64,000 bases of DNA from NCBI GenBank assembly GCA_050250135.1, contig JBFWPF010000005.1, forward strand, positions 5,690-69,689, given 5' to 3'. A model generated the notes under the pieces. It made no database searches. It was not told where the DNA came from and saw nothing but the letters and a program-made list of their open reading frames with translations. This DNA is from Parachlamydiales bacterium. GTDB taxonomy: Bacteria; Chlamydiota; Chlamydiia; Chlamydiales; JAFEGQ01. The number at the start of each line of letters is the position of its first letter. The first letter of the stretch is position 1. Position numbers and translations under genes: made by a program. Shown here piece after piece: positions 9,410 to 18,603 of the stretch.

Positions 9410-10427
9410 GGTACTGGGGTTCGGAGCCCCGATCATGGATCTCATCTTGCGCGTTCCCCACGATTTTCTCGATTCGGTCCCCGGTAAGCGGGGAGGAATG
9501 GAGCCGATCACCCATAGGGCGATGCAAGAGATGGTAGCACGGAGCGGTGTCCAGCCGGTCACCTGCCCTGGAGGGAGTGCGGCTAACATGCTGAGGGGAC
9601 TAGCCCGGCTGGGCCACCCTTGCGCCATCGTGGGCAAGCGGGGGCTCGACCCGATGGGGGAGCACTATGTTCGAGCGATGAAGGAGGTAGGGGTCGGGGG
9701 CGCTCTCACGGAGACCCCAACACCGAATACGATTGTACTGAGTCTGGTGGAGCCGTGCGGGATGCGGACGATGCGCACCTACATGGGGGCGAGTCAGGAG
9801 CTGCAGGCCGCCGAGCTCGACCCAGAGGCTTTTAAGGGGATCCGCCATCTCCACATCGAGGGGTATGCCTTCTACAATCAGAGGCCCATGGAGCGGGCCA
9901 TCGAGCTGGCCAAAAGGGAGGGGGCAACCATCTCCCTCGACTTGGCCAGCTTTGAGGTGGTGGGGCGCTTTTTCGCGTCGATCGTGGAGACGCTGAGGGA
10001 GCAGGTCGATCTTGTATTTGCCAACGAGCTCGAGGCGGAGGAGATTACAGGCGAAAGGTGTGAGCAGGCGGTGGAGTGCCTTGGGGAGTGGTGTGAGACG
10101 GCCGTTGTGATGCTGGGGCGGAAGGGGGGGCTTGTAAAGCGGGGCTCGGAGAAGATCCGCTACTCGGCCGATGTGGTTGAGGACCCGATCGACACAACGG
10201 GCGCGGGCGACCTTTTTGCCAGCGGCTTTGTCAGCGGGATGCTCAAGGGGAGGCCGATCGAGGAGTGTGCAAGAGCAGGGGCCCTTGCAGGCCGGGCTGT
10301 GGTGCAGGTGATTGGCGCCGTTATCCCTGAGAGCCGGTGGCCAGCTCTGCTCCGGCAGATGCCAGGAGGGTCGCCCGCCGGTAGACCTCAAGATAGGCCT
10401 TCGCGGGCTCAGCCCAGCCTTGTGTGA
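9390..10427 (+). CDS. PfkB family carbohydrate/adenosine kinase
   Basis: PGGSAAN, VFANELEA and DTTGAGDLFASG motifs; GTG 9390 is the likely start. Confidence 0.9.
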   Translation: MKENQVEVLGFGAPIMDLILRVPHDFLDSVPGKRGGMEPITHRAMQEMVARSGVQPVTCPGGSAANMLRGLARLGHPCAIVGKRGLDPMGEHYVRAMKEVGVGGALTETPTPNTIVLSLVEPCGMRTMRTYMGASQELQAAELDPEAFKGIRHLHIEGYAFYNQRPMERAIELAKREGATISLDLASFEVVGRFFASIVETLREQVDLVFANELEAEEITGERCEQAVECLGEWCETAVVMLGRKGGLVKRGSEKIRYSADVVEDPIDTTGAGDLFASGFVSGMLKGRPIEECARAGALAGRAVVQVIGAVIPESRWPALLRQMPGGSPAGRPQDRPSRAQPSLV

Positions 10428-11730
10428 CGGCCATCCCAGCGGTGATGAGGGCCTCCCACCGCTGTGGCTCCTGTTGGTAGCAGGTGAGGGCGCGGTCGAA
10501 GGCGCGGTCGAAGCTCTCGACGCTGTAATCGGGGAAGAGAAAGCCGTTGGGGCGGTCTGAGGTGTCGGCGTCAAAGACGGTGTCGGCTAACCCCCCTGTA
10601 GCGCGGACGAGGGGGACACTCCCGTAGCGCATGGCGATCTGCTGAGTTAGGCCGCAGGGCTCATAGCGAGAGGGGACGATAAAGAGGTCGCAGGCCGCAT
10701 AGATCCGGTGGACGATCCCCTCATCCTGCTCCAGGTGGAGGTGGACATCGCCGCTCCCCTGAAACCGCCCCTTAAGCCACTCGAAGTGGTCGCGGATCCC
10801 CTGATCAGAGGTCGTCCCCAAGAGGACAAATTGCCCCCCCGATTCGACCGTTCGGATCAGGGCCCGCTCGATCAGCTCGAGCCCCTTCTGGGGGACTAGG
10901 CGGGCCACACACCCCACCATAAAGCCCTTCCGCTCAGCCATCCCCAGCTCCCTCTGGAGGGCCCGCCGACTCTCCTCCCTAGAAAAGGGGGCGGGGAGAT
11001 AGGGGTCGTTCTGGGGATTCCAGGCCTTGAGGTCGAGGGCGTTGAGGATCCCCGTCGTCCGGTCGGCCACCTGCCCAAGCACCCCATCCAGCCCAAACCC
11101 ATACTCGGGGGTAAGGATCTCCCGGGCGTAGGTGGGGGAGACGGTGGTGAGCCAGTGGGAGAAGAGGAGGGCCCCCTTCAGGAAGTTGATCCGGCTCTGA
11201 TCCCGAGGGTCGAGAAGGTCGTGGGGATTAAGGCCGCTCCCTTCGAGGAGAGAGGGGGGAAAGCGCCCCTGGTGTTCGAGGTTATGGATCGTGGTCACAA
11301 CGGGCGCTGCCATCCCCTCCTGCAGGCAGAGGGGGGCGCAAGGGGCGGTCATCCAGTCGTGGAGGTGGATCACATCGGGATGGAGCCGCTTGATAAGGGC
11401 GACGGCCGCCTGGCAGAAGGAGAGAAACCGCTCCCCGTCGTCTGGGCAGCCGTAGATCTCCCGGCGGTTGAAAACCCCGCTAATCGGGTCGATCAGGTAG
11501 AGGGTAAGCCCCTCATACCGCCCCGACCAGAGGCGGGCGGCAGGGAGCTCCGGCAAGGGGGCTAGCCCCTCGATCGGGGTCTCCTTAAGGGAGGCGTACT
11601 TAGGGAGTACTACAGAGACCTCATGCCCCATTGAGGCATGCTCGCGGGAGAGGCCCAAGAGGACATCTCCTAGCCCCCCCACCTTGGCGATTGGGGCCAA
11701 CTCGGTGGCGATATGGACGATATGGCTCAT
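10321..11730 (-). CDS. glgA: Glycogen synthase
   Basis: ELAPIAKVGGLGDV, IHLHDW, PSRYEPCGLTQ and TGGLADTV motifs. Confidence 0.96.
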   Translation of the reverse strand: MSHIVHIATELAPIAKVGGLGDVLLGLSREHASMGHEVSVVLPKYASLKETPIEGLAPLPELPAARLWSGRYEGLTLYLIDPISGVFNRREIYGCPDDGERFLSFCQAAVALIKRLHPDVIHLHDWMTAPCAPLCLQEGMAAPVVTTIHNLEHQGRFPPSLLEGSGLNPHDLLDPRDQSRINFLKGALLFSHWLTTVSPTYAREILTPEYGFGLDGVLGQVADRTTGILNALDLKAWNPQNDPYLPAPFSREESRRALQRELGMAERKGFMVGCVARLVPQKGLELIERALIRTVESGGQFVLLGTTSDQGIRDHFEWLKGRFQGSGDVHLHLEQDEGIVHRIYAACDLFIVPSRYEPCGLTQQIAMRYGSVPLVRATGGLADTVFDADTSDRPNGFLFPDYSVESFDRAFDRALTCYQQEPQRWEALITAGMAVTQGWAEPAKAYLEVYRRATLLASAGAELATGSQG

Positions 11731-11778
11731 ACCGCCTAATTATAACTAATTAACTAAAATATCAATTAGTTATGTAAT

Positions 11779-12960
11779 TTACTGGTTTTCTAGTATTATT
11801 CTAGAGATGTCTGGGTTTTCGATCCTCCCGTAGAGGATATACCCCTTCGCCGCCTCTGCCAGGCTCCCATCGAGGTCGTTTTTGCTAATCTCTTCGAACA
11901 GAGCCCCTTGCTTGGCGATCTCATCGTCACCTGTGTAGAGGTTGATCGGGGGGACCCCTAGGCTCTCCCCCATTCCGTTAAGGGTAGGCAGGAGGTAGTT
12001 TTTGGCCATCTCAGGGGTAATCGAACCCCTTGTCCAGACGTTTAGGCCGTTGATGAGGGGGATAGTCGAGCGGCTGACTCCCCACCAGAGGAAGGTTAGG
12101 GTGCCCGATCCGACCGAAATAACCCCTCCAATAGGAGCGGTAAGAAGACGGAAAGTTCCAACAGGGACCATGGCGGCTACGCGCAGGGCCCTATTTTCGG
12201 TCCAGGTTCCGGTGTACTCCCAGCCGTCGATTGTGGCATATTTGATCAGGTCGCCGAGCCGCCATGCGGCCATTACTCCAAGGCGTTGAGAGGTGTCGGT
12301 GAAGCCCTTAGCGGCCCAGTGCCACTCTTCGGGGGCGGGATGGAAGTAGCCGGCCGATTCCTCCCAGTAGGTCCACCACTCCCAAGGGAGCTCCTCAATT
12401 CCCCGGTTATAGCGGCCATGGACCAGCTCTTTAGGGGAGATGTTCCAGTACTGGTTAGAGCCATCTTTCTCCCAATTCCGGATAGTGGGGTCGATCCCGG
12501 TGAAGTTGTCCCGCGAGGCGACCACCTGCCATTTCTTGTAGTAGGGGTCGTAGCGATCGAAGGCGACCCCCTCCGATCCCTCGGGGAGGTGGGCCCTTCG
12601 GAATCGGGTCCCATCGGCCATCCAGCAGTCGAGCTCGTCATCGGGGAGCTGGAGGGCGAGCTGCCGAAGGCCATGAACTGCCTGGGTTGCCTCAGCCATT
12701 CTCTTCATCCCGTAGAGGTTAAAAGTCGTAGGCCGTTCGACCCCATCCTTGGAGCAGAGCCGAAGAGTGGCCACGTACATCTTTTCTCCCTTCCGATTCC
12801 CCTCGTCTAGGAGGATCTCTTCGATAAAGGTGTGCTGCAGGATGTCGGCGGCATCGTCCCGGTGGACCTGCTTTTCCCATTTATTGAGGTCAGAAGAGTC
12901 CTTATCTCGGAGGGGGAGGTAGGGGGCCTGCACGCCTAATAGCTTAGAAAGAGCATCCAT
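11779..12960 (-). CDS. Hypothetical protein with a C-terminal hydrophobic segment (possible effector/Inc-like)
   Basis: 393-aa ORF with AT-rich flanks, a Trp-rich middle and a long hydrophobic stretch; no recognised family. Confidence 0.7.
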   Translation of the reverse strand: MDALSKLLGVQAPYLPLRDKDSSDLNKWEKQVHRDDAADILQHTFIEEILLDEGNRKGEKMYVATLRLCSKDGVERPTTFNLYGMKRMAEATQAVHGLRQLALQLPDDELDCWMADGTRFRRAHLPEGSEGVAFDRYDPYYKKWQVVASRDNFTGIDPTIRNWEKDGSNQYWNISPKELVHGRYNRGIEELPWEWWTYWEESAGYFHPAPEEWHWAAKGFTDTSQRLGVMAAWRLGDLIKYATIDGWEYTGTWTENRALRVAAMVPVGTFRLLTAPIGGVISVGSGTLTFLWWGVSRSTIPLINGLNVWTRGSITPEMAKNYLLPTLNGMGESLGVPPINLYTGDDEIAKQGALFEEISKNDLDGSLAEAAKGYILYGRIENPDISRIILENQ

Positions 12961-13072
12961 AGAACCCCGTTTTTCTTTTATTATAGCATAGCCGACCCCA
13001 TAACGGCCATTAGTTCTAATAAAAAATTAATAATCACAATCCACTTAAGCCGAGGGGGATAAATCTAGGGGC

Positions 13073-13101
13073 TTGCGCGTAAATCGTCCCCTCTCTAAGC
13101 T
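13073..13101 (+). promoter_or_regulatory. Promoter upstream of the structured RNA and tRNA-Gln
   Basis: TTGCGC-17-TAAGCT. Confidence 0.55.
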
Positions 13102-13110
13102 CTGGCAATC

Positions 13111-13202
13111 GCGTGTAATCGTTGCTGGGCAACGAGTTATCCCATATTACGCGCAGTTCACTGCGAGGCCTTTGAGCCTCAGTCATATGGGACCCTACAC
13201 GC
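13111..13202 (+). ncRNA. Candidate structured RNA (five helices) directly 5' of tRNA-Gln
   Basis: Nested stems GCGTGTA/TACACGC, TCGTTGC/GCAACGA, TCCCATAT/ATATGGGA, CGCAG/CTGCG and GAGGC/GCCTC in 92 nt. Confidence 0.5.
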
Positions 13203-13205
13203 TGG

Positions 13206-13277
13206 TGGGGTGTAGCCAAGTGGTAAGGCAGCGGTTTTTGGTACCGCCACGCGGAGGTTCGAATCCTCCCACCCCAA
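13206..13277 (+). tRNA. tRNA-Gln(TTG)
   Basis: Acceptor TGGGGTG/CACCCCA, D-arm GCCAAGTGGTAAGGC, anticodon arm GCGGT-TTTTGGT-ACCGC, T-arm GGAGG-TTCGAAT-CCTCC; CCA not encoded. Confidence 0.96.
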
Positions 13278-13280
13278 TTG

Positions 13281-13449
13281 GAAGTCAGCATTGTAGGGGT
13301 TTAGCGCCCCATAGGGCCCAGCAGCCACCTGGCCTCTTAACTTGCAGTCGTCGCCCATAGCGCTTTGGCTATGGGCCTCCTCCCGCAAGTCAAGATTCCA
13401 GGCACCTGCTGGGCCCTCTGTGGCGCTCTCCCCCTCCAACGCTGACTTC
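13281..13449. repeat. Palindromic element, copy 1 (169 bp)
   Basis: Ends GAAGTCAGC/GCTGACTTC; inner arms AGGGCCCAGCAG/CTGCTGGGCCCT; centre TCGTC-GCCCATAGC-gctttg-GCTATGGGC-CTCCTC. Confidence 0.88.
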
Positions 13450-13480
13450 GGGGTGTAGCCTCAATATAGACTGGAGAAAT

Positions 13481-14398
13481 ATGGACACAGTACTCTTTGC
13501 AGGGAGCTCCCACGGGAAGCTGGCCGAGCGGGTGGCAAAGGCGAGCGGGATCGAGCTCGGAAAGGTCGCCCTCACCACCTTCCCCGATGGGGAGACCTCG
13601 GTAGAGATCCTCGAGCCGGTGCGCGACCGGGAGGTCTTCGTCCTTCAAACACTCGCCACCCGCCCCAACGACTACCTGATGGAACTGCTCATCCTGGTCG
13701 ATGCGCTCAGCCGAGCCTCGGCCGGGAGGATCACGGTGGTGCTCCCCTATTTCGCCTACGCGCGGCAAGACCGAAAAGGGGATGTGCGGGCGCCGATCAC
13801 CGCAAGGCTTGTGGCCGATCTGCTAGAGGCAGCCGGGGCCGACCATGTGGTGGCAGTCGACCTGCACGCCGAGCAGATCCAGGGCTTTTTCCGGGTCCCC
13901 CTCGATAACCTCCATGCGGCCAGGGTCCTCCTGCCCGAGGTGAAGGGGCTTGGGGTTGGTGTAGTCGTAAGCCCCGACGTGGGGAGCATCAAGATCGCCC
14001 GCCGCTTTGCGCTGGAGCTGGGCTGTCCCTTTGCCACCGTCGACAAGGTGCGGGGGCGAGAGCAGGTGGTGGCCGAAGGGGTGATCGGCGATGTGGCGGG
14101 AAAGGTTGCCCTCCTCTGTGACGATATGTGCACCACGGGAGGGACCCTAGTGGCTGCGGCAGAGGCGCTCGCCCAGGCAGGGGCAAAGCGGGTCTATGCC
14201 GCCCTCTCCCACGGCCTCTTTGTCGGGACGGCGCTGGAGGAGATCGGCCGCTCCCCGATTGAGAGGCTTTTTGTTACCGATACAGTGGCCGGCATACCCC
14301 GCCACCCAAAAGTTACCGTTCTGCCGGTAGCCCCCCTCTTAGGTGAGGCTCTGGCTCGGCTGAGCGAATCAGAATCCCTATCAACATTGCTTAACTGA
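13481..14398 (+). CDS. prs: Ribose-phosphate pyrophosphokinase
   Basis: FPDGE, PYFAYARQDRK, DLHAEQIQGFF, VVSPD.G and DDMCTTGGT motifs. Confidence 0.96.
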   Translation: MDTVLFAGSSHGKLAERVAKASGIELGKVALTTFPDGETSVEILEPVRDREVFVLQTLATRPNDYLMELLILVDALSRASAGRITVVLPYFAYARQDRKGDVRAPITARLVADLLEAAGADHVVAVDLHAEQIQGFFRVPLDNLHAARVLLPEVKGLGVGVVVSPDVGSIKIARRFALELGCPFATVDKVRGREQVVAEGVIGDVAGKVALLCDDMCTTGGTLVAAAEALAQAGAKRVYAALSHGLFVGTALEEIGRSPIERLFVTDTVAGIPRHPKVTVLPVAPLLGEALARLSESESLSTLLN

Positions 14399-14407
14399 GG
14401 ATAAACC

Positions 14408-14959
14408 ATGGAACTTACCATCGAAAAACGGGACGCTAGTCGCAAAAGGGAGTGCAAACGGCTCCTGCGCGAGGGGCGGATCCCTTGTGTGATTTATGGA
14501 AAAGCAGGGAAGTCGACCCCGATGTCGATCTCGACTGCTGAGTTTGGAGCGGCGCTGCGCGGGATCAAGGGCGGCTGCCTCCCCACCACCCGCTTCTCGC
14601 TCAAAGGGGAAGGGGATGCGGTCGTCAAGGATATTCAGTACCACCGGACCACCTACGACGTGATCCACCTCGACTTTGAGCTGATCGAAGAGGGGCAAGA
14701 GATCGAGGTCTCGGTGCCGATCCATTGCGTCGGTGCCGATCAAGCCCCTGGGATCAAGACGGCGGGCGGCGTCCTCCGTCAGGTGATCCGGATGCTCCCC
14801 GTGCGGGCCCTTCCCGGCAAGATTCCGAGTGAGGTGGTGATCGATGTCTCGGGCCTTGAGATGAAGCAGACGAGACGGCTGCGCGACATCGCCCTCCCCG
14901 ATGGGGTGAAGCCCCGCCGGAAGCTGGATGATGTGGTGGTGGTGATCGCGAAGCGATGA
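14408..14959 (+). CDS. rplY: 50S ribosomal protein L25/Ctc
   Basis: R.EGRIPCVIYG and VKDIQYH...VIHLDF; prs-rplY-pth order. Confidence 0.95.
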   Translation: MELTIEKRDASRKRECKRLLREGRIPCVIYGKAGKSTPMSISTAEFGAALRGIKGGCLPTTRFSLKGEGDAVVKDIQYHRTTYDVIHLDFELIEEGQEIEVSVPIHCVGADQAPGIKTAGGVLRQVIRMLPVRALPGKIPSEVVIDVSGLEMKQTRRLRDIALPDGVKPRRKLDDVVVVIAKR

Positions 14960-15519
14960 TCCGCCTCATCGTTGGGCTCGGCAATCCGGGCAAAGAGTAC
15001 GAGCGAACCCGTCACAACTTGGGTTTTCTCGTGACAGGCCGGCTTGCCGAGGAGTGGGGTATTCCGATGAAGCGGGATCGGAAGTTTTTAGGGTGGATAG
15101 GCCGAGGGAGGGTTGGCGAAGCCGACCTCCTCCTTCTGATGCCCTCCACCTACATGAATGAGAGCGGACGGGCGGTCCAGAAGGTGTGCGCCTACTACGG
15201 AATTGGGCCGGCTGAGGTGGTGGTGATTGCCGATGACGCTGCCCTCCCCTTTGGGGAGCTTAGGCTCCGCCCAGGAGGGAGCAGCGGGGGGCACAACGGG
15301 CTGAAGAGCATCGAACAGGCGCTCGGGTCCCAAGGGTATGTGCGGCTTAGGATCGGGGTTGGCCACCGCGGGGAGCTGGCGAGCCACGTGCTGGGCCCCT
15401 TTAACAAGGAGGAGGGGGAGGCGTTGCCCGCCCTTCTCGACAGGGGAGCCGCGATTTTAGCCCGGCTTGCCGCAGAGCCGCTAGAATTAGTGATGAATGA
15501 GGTGAATCGAAAGGAGTAA
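14956..15519 (+). CDS. pth: Peptidyl-tRNA hydrolase
   Basis: LIVGLGNPG..Y..TRHNLGF, TYMNESG and GGHNGLKS motifs. Confidence 0.97.
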   Translation: MIRLIVGLGNPGKEYERTRHNLGFLVTGRLAEEWGIPMKRDRKFLGWIGRGRVGEADLLLLMPSTYMNESGRAVQKVCAYYGIGPAEVVVIADDAALPFGELRLRPGGSSGGHNGLKSIEQALGSQGYVRLRIGVGHRGELASHVLGPFNKEEGEALPALLDRGAAILARLAAEPLELVMNEVNRKE

Positions 15520-15521
15520 CC

Positions 15522-15863
15522 ATGACCGAAAAACAGCAACTTTATGAGGGGATGTATATCCTCAACGCGGCCTTGAGCGACGCTGCTCGGGCGGCCGCGC
15601 TGCAGAAACTTCAAGAGGAGATCGCCTCTCAAGGTGGGGTGATCGAAAAGACCCTCGACTGGGGACGGCGCCGCCTCGCCTACGAGGTAGAGGGGAAGCG
15701 GGAGGGGTACTACTACCTCCTCTACTTCCGCGCCCCTACTCCGGCGATGAAGGAGCTATGGCACAACTACGGACTCAATCCCGACCTGCTCCGCTTTATG
15801 ACGATGCGGACCGAAAAGGTCTTGAGCGAGGTCAAGTTCAAACCCCTACCAGGAGAGCTATAA
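15522..15863 (+). CDS. rpsF: 30S ribosomal protein S6
   Basis: YEGMYIL and [12 protein letters not shown] motifs. Confidence 0.95.
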   Translation: MTEKQQLYEGMYILNAALSDAARAAALQKLQEEIASQGGVIEKTLDWGRRRLAYEVEGKREGYYYLLYFRAPTPAMKELWHNYGLNPDLLRFMTMRTEKVLSEVKFKPLPGEL

Positions 15864-15864
15864 C

Positions 15865-16119
15865 ATGGGAACCAAGCTGAAGTCGCGGGGCCGCCCTAGA
15901 AGGACCCGCAAGAGGAAATCGTGCCCCTTTACCGCAGCAGGGATGAGGGAGATCGATTACAAAGATGTCGACACCCTGCGGCGATTTATCACCGAACGGG
16001 GTAAGATTTTGCCTAAGCGGATCACCGGCGTTTCGGCCTACCACCAGCGCTTGCTGGCTGCGGCCATCAAACGGGCCCGCTACATGGCCCTATTGCCCTT
16101 TGTAGGGGAGGAGTCCTAG
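15865..16119 (+). CDS. rpsR: 30S ribosomal protein S18
   Basis: [31 protein letters not shown]. Confidence 0.97.
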   Translation: MGTKLKSRGRPRRTRKRKSCPFTAAGMREIDYKDVDTLRRFITERGKILPKRITGVSAYHQRLLAAAIKRARYMALLPFVGEES

Positions 16120-16698
16120 ATGAAAGAACAAACTCAAAAGAAGGCAGCCCCAGGCTGCACCCTCCTACTCCTCGACGATATCGAGGGGCTCGGCCGAAAG
16201 GGGGAGATCGTAGTGGCCAAACCGGGCCATGTCCGAAATTTCCTTATTCCCAACAAGAAGGCGGTGATCGCCGACAACAACGCGCTCCGGATCCAAGAGA
16301 GGCTCCGCGTTGAGCGGGCCAAGCAGGCTCAGATCGACAAGGTCGCCTCTGAGCAGCTCGCCTCCCAGGTCAATGGGCTCACCCTGAGCACCCATGTCAA
16401 GGTCGACCCAGACGGGCGGATGTATGGCTCAGTTGCCGCTGCCGACATCGTGGAGATCCTCGAGCGGGAGAACATCCACATCGAACGGCGATTCGTCGCC
16501 CTTCCCAAGCCGATTAAAGAGACCGGTCTCCACCCGATCGAGCTCCGGCTTAAAGAGGGGATTATGGCCTCCTTCAAACTGAAGGTGATCCCCGAAGGGA
16601 TGGAGGATCTTCCTGAGCTAACCCCGAATGAGCCCCCCCTCGTAGAGGCGGCCAGCGAGGTTCCAGCTGTTGAAGGGGAAGGGCATGAAGAGGCTTAA
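16120..16698 (+). CDS. rplI: 50S ribosomal protein L9
   Basis: LG.KGEIV..KPGHVRNFLIP and G.MYGSV motifs; acidic C-terminal tail. Confidence 0.95.
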   Translation: MKEQTQKKAAPGCTLLLLDDIEGLGRKGEIVVAKPGHVRNFLIPNKKAVIADNNALRIQERLRVERAKQAQIDKVASEQLASQVNGLTLSTHVKVDPDGRMYGSVAAADIVEILERENIHIERRFVALPKPIKETGLHPIELRLKEGIMASFKLKVIPEGMEDLPELTPNEPPLVEAASEVPAVEGEGHEEA

Positions 16699-17674
16699 TC
16701 TTCCCGACGATAAGTGGATTGTGGTGACGGGCGCAGCCGGCTTTGTCGGCTCCGCCCTGATCCGCTACCTCAACGACTGCGGCTTCACCTCGATCATAGC
16801 CGTCGACGACCTCGGTGAGGGGGAGAAGTGGCGGAATCTCGTGGGCAAGGAGTTTGCTGAGCTCCTCCCGATCGCCGGCCTTCCCGATTGGCTCGACGGC
16901 CGCGAGACCGAAATCCAGGCCTTTCTCCATATGGGGGCGATCTCGAGCACAGTCGAGACCGATGCTGACCGCCTCCTCGACATCAATACCCGCTACACCC
17001 AGCTCTTAGCGACCTACGCCCTCGAGCATGGGATCCGTTTTATCTACGCCTCGTCGGCGGCCACCTACGGGGATGGCTCGCAGGGTTTCTCGGATGATCA
17101 CGAGAAGCTTAAATCGCTCCGCCCCCTCAACATGTATGGCTATTCGAAGCACCTCTTTGACCTCTGGGCCAAGAAGGAGGGGGCGCTCGACACCATCGTA
17201 GGGCTGAAGTTCTTCAACCTCTTTGGTCCTAATGAGCACCACAAAGGGCGGATGAGCTCGGTGATCCCCCACTTTGTCGATCAGATCGAAGAGAAGGGAG
17301 AGGTCCGCCTCTTCAAGTCCTCCGACCCGAAGCGGTATGCCGATGGGGAGCAGGAGCGGGACTTCCTCTACATCAAGGATGCGGTGGGGATGGCGTGCAG
17401 CTTCCTCCAGAGCGAAGCGGCCGGCCTCTACAACATTGGGAGTGGGAAGGCGACGACCTTTAAGGCCCTCGCCCACGCCGTTTTTAATGCGCTGGGCAAG
17501 CCCGAGAAGATCAAGTATATCCCGATGCCAGAGGACCTGGTCGGGAAGTACCAGAACCACACCTGCGCCGACATGCGCAAGTTTAGCCGCCACCTGCCCG
17601 ATTGGGTGGCGACCCCGATCGGCGATGCTGTCGCCGACTATGTCCATCACCTAAAACAAAGCCAAACGTGGTAG
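16685..17674 (+). CDS. hldD: ADP-L-glycero-D-manno-heptose 6-epimerase
   Basis: IVVTGAAGFVGS, HMGAISST, YASSAATYG, PLNMYGYSK and E.HKGRM.S motifs. Confidence 0.93.
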   Translation: MKRLNLPDDKWIVVTGAAGFVGSALIRYLNDCGFTSIIAVDDLGEGEKWRNLVGKEFAELLPIAGLPDWLDGRETEIQAFLHMGAISSTVETDADRLLDINTRYTQLLATYALEHGIRFIYASSAATYGDGSQGFSDDHEKLKSLRPLNMYGYSKHLFDLWAKKEGALDTIVGLKFFNLFGPNEHHKGRMSSVIPHFVDQIEEKGEVRLFKSSDPKRYADGEQERDFLYIKDAVGMACSFLQSEAAGLYNIGSGKATTFKALAHAVFNALGKPEKIKYIPMPEDLVGKYQNHTCADMRKFSRHLPDWVATPIGDAVADYVHHLKQSQTW

Positions 17675-18603
17675 CCCTCTCCCCTAGGCGGATCCTCCTG
17701 GTGGGGGATCTCGCCCTTGACCGCTACACCCACGGCACCGTCTCCCGGATCTCTCCGGAGGCCCCCGTCCCGATCCTCCACGCCACCCGCGTCGAGGAGC
17801 GGGCCGGGATGGCCGGCAACGTCGCCCTCGGCCTTGCCGCTCTCCACCAAGAGGTAGTCCTGCTGGCCCGTGTTGGTGATGACGCCGCCTGCGAGGCGAT
17901 CTGCAGCAGCTTAGAGGGGATCGACCTGGCCCTAGAAAAGGAGCTCGGATGGGAGACGCCGATTAAGCATCGCCTAATGGCTGGCCAGCAGCTCCTCCGC
18001 GTCGATACCGAGCGGATCCGCCCCCTCACCCCTAAAACAGAGATCGGCATCTGCTCGAAAATAGAGCGCCTACTCGACGACATCGACGCTGTTGCCATCT
18101 CCGATTACGGCAAGGGTTTTTGCACCCCGACACTCCTTGCCGCCCTTCTCTCGGCCGCCAAAAAGCGCTCCATCCCCACGCTAGTCGACCCAAAGGGGCG
18201 CGACTTTACCCGTTATGCGGGTGCCACGCTGATCAAACCTAATCATGCCGAAGCGTGCCATGCGGCCAACCTCGATCCCCACACCCCTTTGGAAGAGGTA
18301 GCCGCTGCCCTCCACTCCCAAATCGAGATGAACTACCTGGTCGTTACCCGATCGGAGAAGGGGATTTCGATCTTTCCTAAAGAGGGGGGGCACGACAATG
18401 TCCCCGCTACACCGCTTCAGGTGCGCGATGTGACCGGCGCTGGCGATACGGTTCTCGCGGTCCTTACTGCCGCCGTTGCTAGCGGCCTCTCCCTTCGAGA
18501 GGGGTGCCAGCTGGCCAACCAGGCCGCCAGCCTCGCCGTCCAGCGCCTCGGCTGCGTCCCCATCACCCTCGAGGAACTTACTCCCTTGGCATCTTCTCTT
18601 TGA
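17668..18603 (+). CDS. hldA: D-glycero-D-manno-heptose-7-phosphate kinase (HldE kinase domain only)
   Basis: VGDLALD.Y..G..RISPEAPVP, SDYGKG, VDPKG and DVTGAGDTV; no adenylyltransferase domain. Confidence 0.88.
   Translation: MVALSPRRILLVGDLALDRYTHGTVSRISPEAPVPILHATRVEERAGMAGNVALGLAALHQEVVLLARVGDDAACEAICSSLEGIDLALEKELGWETPIKHRLMAGQQLLRVDTERIRPLTPKTEIGICSKIERLLDDIDAVAISDYGKGFCTPTLLAALLSAAKKRSIPTLVDPKGRDFTRYAGATLIKPNHAEACHAANLDPHTPLEEVAAALHSQIEMNYLVVTRSEKGISIFPKEGGHDNVPATPLQVRDVTGAGDTVLAVLTAAVASGLSLREGCQLANQAASLAVQRLGCVPITLEELTPLASSL

Noticed and set aside
10321-10427. 107-bp convergent overlap of the PfkB kinase and glgA (also 50 bp for ApgM-like and fba)
   Set aside because: The tails look non-conserved and stop codons are scarce in GC-rich DNA; no evidence of function.
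13206-13460. tRNA-Gln as an island attachment site
   Set aside because: No duplicated tRNA 3' end or adjacent integrase; only an 11-nt match to the 5' end, reported separately.
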